DNA from: Raja brachyura
Lineage: Eukaryota
NCBI GenBank assembly: GCA_963514005.1
Contig: OY740812.1
Coordinates: 27,466,001-27,530,000 of the forward strand
Length of the DNA stretch: 64,000 nt
Direction: 5' to 3'
This document shows, one piece after another, positions 23,314 through 36,529 of the stretch. The notes under the pieces were generated by a model. That model saw only the letters and a list, made by a program, of their open reading frames with translations, had not been told where the DNA came from and did no database searches. A program made the translations under genes and the position numbers. The stretch's first letter is position 1, and each line of letters starts with the position of its first letter.

Positions 23314-26300
23314 CACTGGTGCAGTGTCTAAATCTAAATGGGACTCACAGCCCAATAACACCACAGAAGAATTCACCAAACAGACTGCAGCAGTTCAAGA
23401 TGATGACTTCCCATGCAAGTCAGTGACAGTCGGGTCCCAAAACATGAATAAATGAAAGGTGTGGAAGTAAGCAGTGCCGTAATGGTCACTGGACATAACT
23501 GCAACTGTTAACTAAATATTTTATTATTAAAAAAAGTGAATAAAATTGTGGACTTTTGCTCAGTTTATAACCCTGTAACATAAGCCAAATGCTGTAAAAA
23601 CAATTCTGTTGACGTTGCTGGGAATGTTTAAGAGATGATTTTCAGGGTAATGAACCTTTTCATCGGTTCTGGCGGTCAGCTTGAAGAGAATTCTCTGCGA
23701 TATCCCGCATGATGGTTGAATTATTTGTGCACATTTTCTTGACACATTTTCCGTGTGAAATGGAATTTGCTTCACTGAGCTACATAATGGAAATGTACAG
23801 AGATTGTGGAAAATGGAGCTGTGGCCAAAACTGTCCAAATGCAAGCTAAGGAAACATATTGCACCCTGTATTTACCAATGAAATGAATGTCTAGTTTAGT
23901 TGAGTGTAATTTAGCTAAACAGCATGGAAATAGGTTTTCAGCCCACCAAGCCCATGCCAACCATCGATCAACAGTTCACACTGGTTCTATGTTATCCCGC
24001 TTTCATATCCACTGCCTTTAGGGCAATTTATGAGTCAATTGATCAACAAGCCTTGGGATGCAAGAGGGATCCAGAGTACCTGGAGAATGTCCACAGGATC
24101 ACAGGGAAAACGCGCAAACTCCACCCAGACAGCATCCGTGGTCAGGATCGAACCCGGGACCCTTGGGCTGTGAGGCAGCAGCTCTACCAGCTGTACCACT
24201 GTGTTGTCCTATGTTATTTCTTTATATTGCATATAACTCAGCAGGTCTGACAGCATCGCTGGGGGACATGAATAATGTCTGGAGTTGCAGAGCAATCTGA
24301 AGAAGAGTTCCAATGTGCAAATTCACCAATTCACGTCCTCCAGAGATACTAGCCGACCCGCTGAGATACTCCTGCACCTTGTGTCTTTTTATACAGTTGG
24401 GAAGCATGTGCTTCTTATACTCTGCTGCCATTGTCAGAAGCAGAAGCCACCCTGCAGATACAACTCCATGTAACATCCCCCAAACCATGGACGAACTATC
24501 GGCAGCTCGTTACATGAAGGGAAGACTTATGTTCTTATATCAATCTTCTGAGAGTCCAAAATAACTGCACTATTAAATCTTATCAAATAATAATAGTTTG
24601 GATAATTTTAAAATTATATCACAGTGAACTTTGACAGTTGGAACAATGAAGGAATTTTCCCAACAATTTTAAACTATTTGCTCATCCCAGGATTATTTAT
24701 TTGTGTTCTTCAAGGAAGGCAAAATCTACAAATGATATTCAAATCAATGGTTTGAATAGTTCTGAGTGCAAAACATGCCTGTGTAAAATGAGAAGAATGA
24801 GCAAATTAACTCTGGCATTTTGTGTCCATCTTCAGTGTAAACTGGCATCTCCAGTTCCTTCCTACACTGAGCAAATTAAGATATTCCACCATTTTAATTG
24901 TCATTTTCTATTGCAAAAGCTAAATATATAATGTCTCACACATCAACACACTTGGAATCATGGAATCATAGAATTAGCATGGTGACAGGCACAGGCCTAC
25001 CTCATCCACACTGACCACAATGCCCCATTTAAGCTTCTCCTTTTTGTAAACGTTTTGCCCATATTTCTCTAATTTCTATTCCACTTTCCTATTCTACTTG
25101 TTCAATCTCTTTTCATTGAATATAGAACAGAGTTTGGTGGCACTGGGCCTGTACTCGCTGGAGTTTAGAAGGATGAGGGGGGGACCTCATTGAAACGTAT
25201 CGAATAATGAAAAGCTTGGATAGTGGAGAGGATGTGGAGAGGAGATGAGGAGGAATTTCTTCAGTCAGCGGGTGGTGAATCTATGGAATTCTTTGCCACA
25301 GAAGGCTGTGGAGGCCAAGTCAGTGGATATTTTTAATGCAGAGATAGATACATTCTTGATTAGTGCAGGTGTCAGGGATTATGGGGAGGAGGCAGGGGGA
25401 ATAAGGTTAGGAGGGAGAGAAAGATCAGCTATGATTGAATGGTGGAGAACACTTGATGGGCTGAATTGCCTAATTCTGCTCCTACCACTTATGACCTTAT
25501 AACAGCCCACAGGTAGACACAAAATGCTGGAGTAACTCAGCAGGTCAGGCAGCATCTCTGGAGAGAAGGAATGGGTGACGTTTTGGGTCGAGACCCTTTT
25601 TCAGACCGATTTAAACCAGCACATTTTGTGTCTACCCTCGATTTAAACCAGGATCTGCAGTTCTTTCCTACACATTTTAACAGCTCACAATGTCTGTGCC
25701 GACATGATGCCAAGACCAAATCTTATCTGCCTGCACAGATTTCATATCCCTCCATTCCCTGCAGATCAATGTACCTATCTAAAGGTCTCTTAAATGCCAC
25801 TTTGTATCTGCCTCCACCACCATCTCTGGCAGCGAGTTCCAGTCTCTCACCACTCTCTATGTAAAAATGAACTTGTTCTGCACATCTCCTTTAAACTTAT
25901 CCACTCTCACTTTAAAGTTATGGCCTCAAGTTTAGATTTTTTCCCATTCTGGAAAAAACATTCTGACTGTCAGATTTTGATAGAACCTACATCAGCAAAT
26001 GTTTGTTATCAACACTTGGCCTCGTGTTTTATTCTGTCAGTGGCTTTCCCTACAACTCTCAATCTGCCATGCCTCAATTCTCCAATTGCCTGTGCAGTCT
26101 GTTATCAGGTTGAAATAGTCCAACACAAGATAATGTCAACAGCGGGAAAAAAACACCAACAAGTTGCACAACTCCCTTTTATTATTGAATAAAATTACTC
26201 AGCTCTGCTCTTTAGGCCCAGACCTAGACTAGTTGTAAATCAGACACTGCATGTGCATCAGTTTGAAATACTCTCCCCCCTGAAAGATCAGTATAAATCA

Positions 26301-27557
26301 CTCTAATATAAATAACAATTACATTTGAAGTTTATGGGTGAAAATATAGCAGATGCAATGTAAAGGGAAAATGTGAGGGCATACACTTTGGTGCACAGAC
26401 TGAAAGGCGCAGCATACACTAAATGGTAAGAGATTGGGTACTAGTTATTTTTAAAGGAACCAGGACAGGTATGTACACAAGTTTCTGAAAGCCAACATGC
26501 AGGTATATCACATAAAGGCTTTTGGATAGGTACATGAACATGCAGGGAATGAAGGTACATGGATTATGTGGTGGCCTCCTACAGGTATATGCAATTAGTT
26601 TCAAGATAAAGGATGGAAACAGGCCCTTCGGCCTGTTCGACCGATTCCATGCTGACCATCGATTATCCATTCACACTAATTATATGTTCTCCCACCTTCT
26701 CATCCACTCTCTACACACTAGAGGCAGTTTTACAGAGGCCAATTAACCTGCAAACCGCAAATGTCTTTTGGCACGGTCAGAGGGAGAACATGTAAACTCC
26801 ACACAGCCCGAACTCAAAGTCAGGATCGAACCTGTGTATCTGGTGCTATGAGGCAGTAGTTCTACCTGTTGCACTAGAGTGCCACTTTATTGAGGATTAT
26901 GAGGATAGATTGAATAGACAGTAACATTCTTTCCCCCATAGCAGGGATGCCTTAGATGATAGGGAAATGCTTGACCCAGAATGAAAGCAAACACCGTTTT
27001 TTGGGTCAACCAATATCTATGCAAGTTCTGAGCGACCTCTGAGCATACCATTGTACATCAGCCTCCCTAAAGTGAGCTCATTTTTGAGCTATTAATTGTC
27101 CACAGCAGGAATGTCACCATGCTTGTGAGAGTCATATCAGGAAACCGGACAAGACCAGAACATTAAAGTAATTCGGGACACTGAATCTGTTGGATACATT
27201 CCCATTTACCCAAATTCACTGGAACACACGAAACTGCGGGTGCTGGTTGACACAAAAAGGCACAAAGTGCTGGAGTAACTCATCCAGTCAGGCAGCATTC
27301 CTGGAGAGCATGGATAGGTGAAGTTTTGGGTCAGGAATTTTCTTCAGAGGGTCACCTATCCATGTTCTCCATAGTTGCTGCCTGACCCACTAACTTTTTA
27401 ACCCAAATTTATTAGTTAGTTTACAAAGCTTCAGGTATTAGAAATATGATTAAAATTTCATTTAAAAATTTGAATCTACTATTATTGATATTGAGGTCTA
27501 AATTTTGTTTCACTCTTCTAACAACGGCCCTGAGACTTGTTCTGGATAAATACTCAC

Positions 27558-27634
27558 TGGTTGAGATCTAGATCCAAAATGAAGGATGAACCGAACACAT
27601 CTATCTGGAAACTTGCATGTGCCAGATGAATCAA
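27558..27634 (-). CDS. ADAM11: ADAM11-like coding exon 3 (prodomain)
   Basis: Acceptor gttttatag, donor gtgagt, 77 nt. Reads LIHLAHASFQIDVFGSSFILDLDLN(H), the conserved ADAM11/22/23 prodomain motif. The paralog choice rests on the HLA.. and LDL.LNH residues and on adjacency to DBF4B. Confidence 0.85.
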
Positions 27635-28183
27635 CTATAAAACAAAGTGCACAGTGGCATTAAGAACCGTCAGTTTCATGAGCTCGGAGTTACATCTATA
27701 ACGCATGTTACTACAACATTAACATAACACTGGCGAGTTTTTAGGCCATAGTAGATCCTGTGTGCTGGGACTCCCCTCCCGCTTTTAACCGAGAACTTTA
27801 ACGCTGACTAGCGATGGAGGTCCTTAATCTCCGCAATGAACCCTTCTGCTCGTTATTTTAAATGTTGCATATTATGTAACTAATTCATGGGAGAATGAGG
27901 TCAGATCTCAAGCCACCACCCCTCCCTCCTCTGAGCAGCATCTACCGAGTCCTCTCTGTTGGGAGTTTTGCACGGATTGTTAGACAGGAGATGATGTTCT
28001 CCGCTCAGCCCCCATTCATCTTGCAAAACAGGTTTTATTTTTGGCAAGAAAACGCAAATCTTAAACCATCTGCGCCCGAGCAGGGCTGAAACACTTCAAA
28101 ATGGTTCTAGGTGGGAATGTGTACACATAGCTCAGATGTCTGTGGTTCTAAAGCGGGCACGGAGCACACTGCATGGAACCTAC

Positions 28184-28347
28184 GTTGCTATTTCGGATTT
28201 TCGTGTCCAGCCGATCGTGTCTGATCTCGGTTGCCGAGTGGACGCTGTGGATTAATCGCTGGGGTTTGGCGGTTCCCTGTAACACGGGTCTGCCTTTCGG
28301 CTGCTCATTCCCCGCCGTCTCCGTGTGTAGCTCGGCGTTAATAAACC
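28184..28347 (-). CDS. ADAM11: ADAM11-like coding exon 2
   Basis: Acceptor cttttgtttttaaag, donor gtaggt, 164 nt, phase 1 to phase 0. Reads (G)FINAELHTE...KPQRLIHSVHSATEIRHDRLDTKIRNSN, carrying the P.RL...LDT..R motif of this subfamily. Confidence 0.8.
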
Positions 28348-28691
28348 CTTTAAAAACAAAAGAGTGGCAGGTTAACGGCGAGCGATAAACAGCACCGCTC
28401 GCTCCCTGATTACAGATCGATCTTGCATTTCAATGCAGAATGTGAGTGGCTTCGGGAGATATCCACCGTGGGAGCGTCGCCCGTGTGGGTGACGGGTGTG
28501 TTGGACTTGTGTGCACTGCAGAATTTCTGTTGATGCAGCAACTGCGTTGAAAATAATGGACGGGTTGCAGGTTTCAGAACGCCAGTGTAAGCTAAATTTC
28601 GCCCTAACGCAGAGGGGGGAACAGGATTGCATCGGTATTTATCTGAAAAGCGCCAATTTTCAAAAGGGGAAAAAAAAGTCCACTGGCTTAC

Positions 28692-28749
28692 CTGTAGAAT
28701 CTGCGAGGTAGCAGAAAGCAACAAAGATCCAAGTGAGCCCTGGAGCCAT
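28692..28749 (-). CDS. ADAM11: ADAM11-like coding exon 1 (signal peptide)
   Basis: Kozak context aaccATGG. Reads MAPGLTWIFVAFCYLADST(G), a hydrophobic leader. Donor AG|gtaagc in phase 1 matches exon 2. Confidence 0.8.
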
Positions 28750-29300
28750 GGTTTCACATCCCGCGCACCCAGCATGAGATGTTGGGGCTCACTTTGTTTA
28801 TTTGCACCCCCCTTCCCCTCCCCTTCTCCGGGAAGTAAAGTGATGCTTATGGGGATGTGAGCGGAGGCTACAGCCGCTCCATCATGGTCCCGCAGTCATT
28901 CATTCCCTCAGCAGCCGAGTGAGTGCATGAAGAAGAATGGCATTCTCTCATCCCTCGCTCCCAGCCTGTGCCACCAGTAATATTGCCGCCCAATACAGCA
29001 CCAGTCAGTCTGGTTAAACCCAGCCTACATCCCTGTATCATGCAATGATGAGCAATACAGTTCATCCTCTTCTCAACGATTGGAATCAGATACCTGGTTC
29101 CAATCAAAACGCATTACTCATACAAGCGGCATCTCCTGATGTGGTGCGCTGCACTACAAGTGCCTTTCCGAACAGCGCCTTGGGTATCAGGTTGTTTTGA
29201 TGTGAAACCTAATTCACCAGTAGTTAACGATAGGGCCGTTCTTCTGTAAACAATTGGACCGCACGCGGTTGTCACCCAATACTTTCAAAGGACTTTTAAC
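28750..29300 (-). promoter_or_regulatory. Putative 5' UTR/promoter of the ADAM11-like gene
   Basis: Repeat-free, CpG-retaining region immediately upstream of exon 1. The transcription start site cannot be determined from sequence. Confidence 0.45.
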
Positions 29301-32300
29301 AAAATATGCACAAATTGTAATCGCTATTTGGACAAATCACTTATCCGTAGTGAACTGGATATGAGTTGCAAGGCAAAATCGCCCAGACTTATTGTATACA
29401 TCTAAGTTGGTATCCACAAACACGAGTGTTTTCATTCAGGGTTCAATGTCTGTAGAAATACATAGATCCTGGTTCAGTTTTTAAACAGTAGACTATGGAG
29501 GTGGGACTAGCCAGTGGAGGCCATGGAAACAGGCCCTTCGGCCCAACGAGTACATGCCAGCCATGGAGGTGGGACATTTTTAGTTTTAGAGAAGCAGTGT
29601 GTGAAAAAGGCCCTTTGAACCCCTGAGTTCACGCTGACCATCGATCACCCGTTCACACTAGTTCTGTTATCCTATTTTCACACCGTGGGCAATTTACAGA
29701 GGCCAATTAATCTACCATATTTGGGATGTGGGAGGAAACCAGGATATCCAGAGGAAACCCATGCGGTCACAAGGAGAATGTGCAAACTCCACACAGACAG
29801 CATCCGAGGCCGGGATCAAATCTGGGTCTCAGGCACTGGGAGGCAGCAGCTCTTCCAGCTGCACCACAAACCAAAGGCAAGTTGCAAGAGCTCATTATCC
29901 CAGGTTTAATCTTTAGCAACTGAATTGCTTCTTCTTAGAAATGCTGCAGATTTTTAAGCTAACAAATACAAGTTGATGTGGTCATTATCATTTAGTGTAT
30001 TTCAGTGCAAGAGTATCTTTAAGAACTGATTGAATGTGTGAGGTTTGACCTTCTGGTATTGTTGCATCTGACACCACCTTTACCTGCGAGTTTACTGCCT
30101 TCATTAAAGGATGCTCAACCTTTAGTCCTACCTCTCAGCAAGATGGACGTTACTGAGACTGCTGACACTATATCTGCACTGGATTTGTGATGTTGCTGCT
30201 TAAGGGAGTATTGGGCAGTGATCCCAGATGAACAGAGAATGGGGTTCTCCAAGTACAGCTGTGATATTGGCTGGCAGTGGCAATGCCAGAGATGTTGGCC
30301 AGGTCTCGAGATATAAACGGCCTCAGCCAATTGACGAGCCTGTGGAATTAATGGAAATGTTCCCAAGGGCAAAACATACCATCCAAAACCATGGGGGAGA
30401 AACACAACAATACACTGAAAGAAGACATTGTTGTTATTGGTGGTTGGGCCAGAGATATGGGATATATTGAGGAGTAAACACCATGAACTTCAGAGGTGGC
30501 TCGGGCAAGAGTATAGTGAATATCCCAAAGGGATATTCCAATTTGTCATCATCAGAGATGTTTGAGAGCTACAGTTCTGGTATGTGCAACCAGGGACTCG
30601 AAGAAATGAACGTAAACAGATGGTTAGTCCAGTGTCAGTAGCAGAGATTACATTTCCAGTCCTCTTTAGATTGGGCATTGAGGAATTGCTTAATTTATGG
30701 ACTGGTTTAGTTTAGAGATGCAGCGTGGAAACAGGCTCTTCAGCCCACTAAGTCCATGTCGACCAGCAACCACACATTCTCTAATTCTATCCTACACACT
30801 AGGGACAAGTTACAGAAGCCAATTAGCCTACAAACCTGCATGTCTCTGGAGTGTGGGAGGAAACTGGAGCAACCGGAGAAAACCCACATGGTCACAGGGA
30901 AAACATACAAACTCTGGATCAAACCCGGGTCTCTGGTGTTGTAAGGCAGCAACTCTACCGCTGAGCCACTGTGCCGCAATGTATTTCAGAGTATTTATGC
31001 AAACCTATTTAACACATTGGATTTAATGTTCCAGGTGTGCCAGTTTCACTTGGGGAATTGTGTGTAAGAAAGAGCTGGTTTAAATTGAAGATAGACACAA
31101 AATGCTGGAGTAACTCAGCGGGACATGCAGTATCTCTGGAGAAAAGGAGTGGGTGACGTTTCAGGTTCGTGACCCTTCTTCAGACCCAGTCTGAAACGGC
31201 ACCAATTCCTTCTCACCAGAGATGCTGCCTGTCCCGCTGAGTGACTCCAGCATTTTGTGGCTGTCTACACTCGGGACATTGTTCCAAGGTATAAACGGAG
31301 AACAAATCCACAGAAATAATAATGGCAACATGGTCTTCATTACATCTCAGTCACAGGGGTGCAACAAGAGGGCTTGGCTGGAAAGATCACATGATTTGAG
31401 TAAGACTGTAAGTAACACGGGAGCAAAGGTTCTGCATGTTAGAGCAGCTGCTGGGCGTCAGAATGCTCTTCAAATGAGCACATCACGCAGGAGTCATAGA
31501 GCTTTACAGCACGGAGACAGGAGCTTCCTCCCACCTCATTCATGCTGAACAGGTTGCCATTCTGGGCTAGTTCAATTTGCCTGCAGCGGCCCCATATGCA
31601 TCTGAACCCTTCATATCAATATATCTGTTCAGATGTCTTTTGAAGTTCAGGTTCCGCAAAGACAGTAGTACCTATTTGGATTGGATGCAAGGTTGCAAGG
31701 ATATGGAGAAATCCTGTGGGGATACTGCACCAGCTGAAAGCCTATAACAAGAATGTAGAAATATAAATGTAGCATCCATCGATTAGATACCTGAAGAGGG
31801 TGACAAGGACAGTACAATTAAGGCCAGCTCATTGACAAGCCAAGTATCATAACAGGCAATGACACACTGGTAATTAGATTTATTGTCTGTTAAAAGTTAT
31901 GCTGATCAACTGGCTGGAGTTTTTGCAGTCATATTCAACCTCTCATTACAATGGTCTCCCCACCTGCTTTAAAAATACATCAATAATACCAGTGCCAAGA
32001 AGGGCCTGGTGACATACCTCAATGACTACCGATTGGTGGCACGTGACGAGCGTGCTTTGAAAGGTTGGTTATGATGCAAACCAACGCCTGCCCCAGTACT
32101 AACCTGGGCTCTCGTCAATTCATCTTCTGCCACAGCAGATTGGCAGCTTCAAGTTCCTGATCATACTCATCTCCTTCTGCAGGTGACCAATGGACACATT
32201 GACTAATTACCATTGCAGCCGGTTCAGAAATTAATGCTCAAGAACTGGGAGGCTGCAGAGAATGGTGAACATTGCCTAGTCCATCACGGTACTGACCTTC

Positions 32301-35300
32301 CCACCATGAAAAGGATTTGCCTCAAGGTGACAGCTAATATTGTCAGATTAACACCACTCTGGGCATGCTCTCTTCTTCCTTCTACCATCAGGAAGGTGTA
32401 GGAACCTGAGAATTATTACTTCCATGTTTCAGAACAGTTACCTCCCATTAATTATCTGGGTCTTAACTGCTCTGAACAACCCTAATCACAAATCTGCCTT
32501 GGCACTGAACCTTTATGAACTTTACACTAGTATGTTTGGTCTATGTACTTCGGTTTTGCATTATTGTGTTCAAGTTATAGTCAGAGTCACATAGACGGAA
32601 ACAGGCCCTTCGGGCCACCTTGCCTATGCCAACCAATGTGCCCCATTGATACTAGTTGAACCTGCCAAGGTTTGCCCCATATCTTTCTAAATCTTTCCTA
32701 TCCATGTGCCTGTCCAGTTTATTTGGAATAATTGATAAGTTATTATATATATGTATTTTATTTATGTGTTCCTGTACCTAATGTACCTGTAAAGCTGCAA
32801 CATGTGATAACTCCATTGCATAGAAAGGAACTGTAGAAGCTGGTTTATATCAAAGATAGACACAAAGTGTTGGAGTAACTCAGCGTGTCAGGCAGCATCT
32901 CTGGAGAAAATGGATGGATGACGGGTCGGAACCCTTCTTCGGTCATGATATCATTGTTCTGGTTCGTATCAGGTGCATACAGTCAATAACCAAGCTTGAC
33001 TCTTGTCGGTCAGGGTGCAAATTAAAAATATCCACGATCATTTTCCAATGCGGCATTGAAAAATGATTCAGCACTTACTCAGGAGACCATTTGGAGTTAC
33101 AAGGCAGCAGAAGAGGATGGTGTGTCCAGGAGTGTATTGTAGTCACGGGACACGGGTTTGCACTGGGAAAAATGGGCAAAATCTGAACTGAATACTCGGA
33201 TTTGGAGACTATATTTTCAAAACAAAAAGCATGGCTCTGGAATGGATTGTTAGCCCCACCGGCCACCACACCCCGGTCCCCAACCAGATCAGCTTGAGAA
33301 GTGCCAATTCAGCCATAACGTGCAGATCCTGGCAGCAGAGTTACAGACGAGAGATTCAACAAAGTAGTCACAGAAAAGTAGTCACACATGGCTTCCAGCG
33401 TGACTATCCGGGACAGTGAGATTGCAGTGAATATTGGTAGATCACTGCAAGAAGGCAGCAGCGGTGATCAAGGTACTGTTACAGATGGAATTTGATGATG
33501 ATCCGAATGACAAAGAACGTGAAACTTGGCCCAAAAGAACAGATAAAAAGTTAAGCACCTTTCTGGAAGTAATCACACCACCATTTTCAACAAAGCGTAT
33601 AGATGTTGTGTGGTAAGCTGGTCTTGAAAATGTTATGTGGTTTAATGCCAAGTATTTACTTGGCAGTAAATGGGACTATGATATCCCCAGAAGTGGGTTT
33701 GTGATGAGTGAGCAGTATCAGCATTGAATATAGCTTCCTTGATGTAAAAAAAATGCTGAAGGCTTTCTATTGAGAGTCATTGATTTGCATTGCCTGCCTT
33801 TCAGGAGTCTCGTAATAGGGACTGGCTCTTTCACTTCCTGCAATGCAATGCAGAAATTCCACTGGGATAGCAATGAAATACCAAGGTAGAAGATTCAATT
33901 ATAGAAGAGTATGAAAAGGCCACCATGAAGTTGAGGAGCAAACTTATAATCACAGAGTATGTGAATCCCAGACTAGTTCTCTGTGCTTCACTAGCCCAGA
34001 ATGAAGGATCTCCAACATCATGAAGATAGCTGTAGGGAGGAACTTAAGATGCCGGTTTATACTGAAGATAGACACAAAATGCTGGAGTAACTCAGCAGGT
34101 CAGGCAGCATCTCTAGACAAAAAGAATAGATGGCTTATCGGTCCGGTACCTTTCCTCAGACTGTTTCTGAAGAAGGGTTCTGACACTTCTCAGAAACAAA
34201 GGTTTCCGATTGAAACAATACCCATTCCTTTTCTCCAGAGATGCTGCCTGACCCGCTGAGTCACTCCAGCATGTTATGCCTATCTTCACCATGTAGATAG
34301 CTGGCAGTTTCCCTTGGAGCCACTGGTTGGTCATCAGTGTGTTTCAGTCTTCAGTTGTGAATAGCTGCGAATGGTCCGGGGCAAAGGCATAATTTGGACA
34401 GTGACAATGAGGAAATCTTCACCGCTCCTGGGACAGACAGTGCCATTCAAGATTGGGAACCAAAATGCTGGAGTAACTCAGCGGGTCGAGCGGCATCTCT
34501 GGAGAGCATGGATAGGTAGCACTTTGGAACAGGACCCTTCTTCAGACGGTTTCAATGGGCCACTCTTTGCCACTGTGTTCTGCTGCAATGTGTCCATGAA
34601 GATGTTGATGTTAAGACAAGGATAAAACAGGATGTGAGACTAGACGTGTTTGAAGCCCATCTAGAAGTGTGATCTGCTGGCATGGATATTTGTTTAATGT
34701 TAGAACTTAGAACGTAATCACAAATTTATTTTTTGCAGTGAAAAGACTAAGGGCATAATAACTTTATTATTGGTTAAATGTATGTTAAATGATGGTTTGC
34801 ACAAGTTTATTACCTTCATTTAAAAATGCAGTATAGTTTAGATGAATGTATTTGAAAAAAGTGAGCAGATGTAGTGGGCTAGACACATTTAGTAATTACT
34901 AACTTGGAAAGGGTATCTGTTAGCTGATGTAATGTGCTTTAGTCCACGGCACTATTAAAGCATCACAAAGTGCTGGAGGAACCCAAAGGCAGCATCTATG
35001 CAGAACATGGAGAGGTGACATTTTGGGTCAGGACCTTTCTTCCGTGTTGGTGCGAGGAAAGCTGGAAGAGAGGAGAGGGAGGTAATAGGTGAATACAGGT
35101 GAAGGGGTGGGGAGTTGATAGGCAGGTTGATAGAGGGGTTAATATCCTTAATCGGACTTTGGTGGCTTTCCATTGTACTAAACAATATTCCCTTTCCCTG
35201 TATCTCTATACTGAAAATGGACTGATCATAATCATGTATTGTCTTTCTGCTGACTGGTAAGCACGCAACAAAAGCGTTTCACTGTATCTCGGTACACGTG

Positions 35301-36272
35301 ACAATAAACTAAACTGAGACAGTGGACAAAGGCCAGAAATGAAAAGGCAGAAGGTGTGGGACCAAAGGATGGAAGAGTGTGATTTGAGAAGCGAGAGGAG
35401 AGAATGTATGTGGGAGGTGAAGGGGAGAGGAGAAATAGGTTTGAGTTCTGGTGGGATATTGGGGAGGGGGGGGGGGGGGAGATAAGAGGGAGGGGGAGGG
35501 TTTTGTCATTACCTAAAATTGGAGAATTTTACGTTCATACCATTGAGTTGCAAGCTACCCAAGTGGAAAACGAGGCGTTGTTTCTCCAGTTTGAGAGGGA
35601 CTTCACTTTGGCAATGATGGAGGCCCAGTATAGGAAGATGAGTGTAGGAATGGGAAGGATAGTTAAAAGGGTTAGCAACCAGCAACCAAGTGCAAGCGTT
35701 TGGTGAACAGTCATGGGTCTATGCCTAGTCCTGCCGACGTACAGACCACATCAACACCGGATGAAATAGCATTAATTCAACACTCCAGGGATTCTGGCAT
35801 GCCAGGGAACTTTTGATGACCAGATGGTCCTTTGAGTCATGTTCCAACTACCCATATACAGAGCAGCAATATTGCCACTCTGAGCACAATGGCCAATAAA
35901 ACACACCCATGCCTCTACTTCCAAGTTCAGCATGTCCGCAACAACTCTCACCCACCTTTACAAATGCATCGTAGAAAATATTTTCTGCGACGGATCACGG
36001 CATGGTTTAGGAACAGCTCCATCCAAGACCGCAAGAAATTGCAGAGAATAGTAAGATTGAACGAGAACTTACCAGTTCGAAGGTTGATCTTTATTTCATG
36101 AGGAGTTGCGGTGAGGGATTTCTTGAAGAGCCCGCCGGCACGCATGCGCGACATTCTTCAAAGCAGCGGTGTGGAATCACAGAAACAACAACAGAAATGA
36201 TTTGGCATAGTAAGATTTAAAGAGACTCTGATAACCAGCTGAAGATGATCGAGGGTTGGGAGCGGAGGGCAC

Positions 36273-36382
36273 GAAATCCCTCACTGCAACTCCTCATGAA
36301 ATAAAGATCAACCTTCGAACTGGTAAGTTCTCGTTCAATCTTACTATTTCATTTCGGAGTCACGTGAGTGACTTCGTGAAGA
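36273..36382. repeat. DIRS internal complementary region (ICR)
   Basis: 36273-36348 is the reverse complement of 36047-36122 (1 mismatch). 36346-36382 is the reverse complement of 41312-41348. The two halves overlap at ATT. Confidence 0.95.
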
Positions 36383-36529
36383 CTTTAAAGCTTCTGTGAT
36401 TACACGCCCTGGACCACGTCCATGCAGACACACCACTAGCAAGGATGGATTGGAGTAAACAAGTTGATGAAAACGAGGTTATACTGAAACAAAAGAAGAT
36501 TTATTAATAACACAGCAAACAATCCCCTT

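Larger units (their letters stand above)
19835..23410 (+). mobile_element. Old, fragmented CR1-like LINE RT relic broken by younger insertions
   Basis: Degenerate LKTCAPELA, ISL.SVISKVLE, DIKAAF and GVPQG.VLGP-like motifs occur in order on the plus strand. Confidence 0.5.

Noticed and set aside
28410-28775. 121-aa ORF as the gene's first exon
   Set aside because: It runs through the splice donor into the intron. The signal-peptide frame starting at 28749 is the one that splices in frame with exon 2.
28380-29185. Possible REST/NRSE sites near the ADAM11 5' end (cagcacc, gaacagcgcc)
   Set aside because: Only isolated half-sites without canonical spacing.
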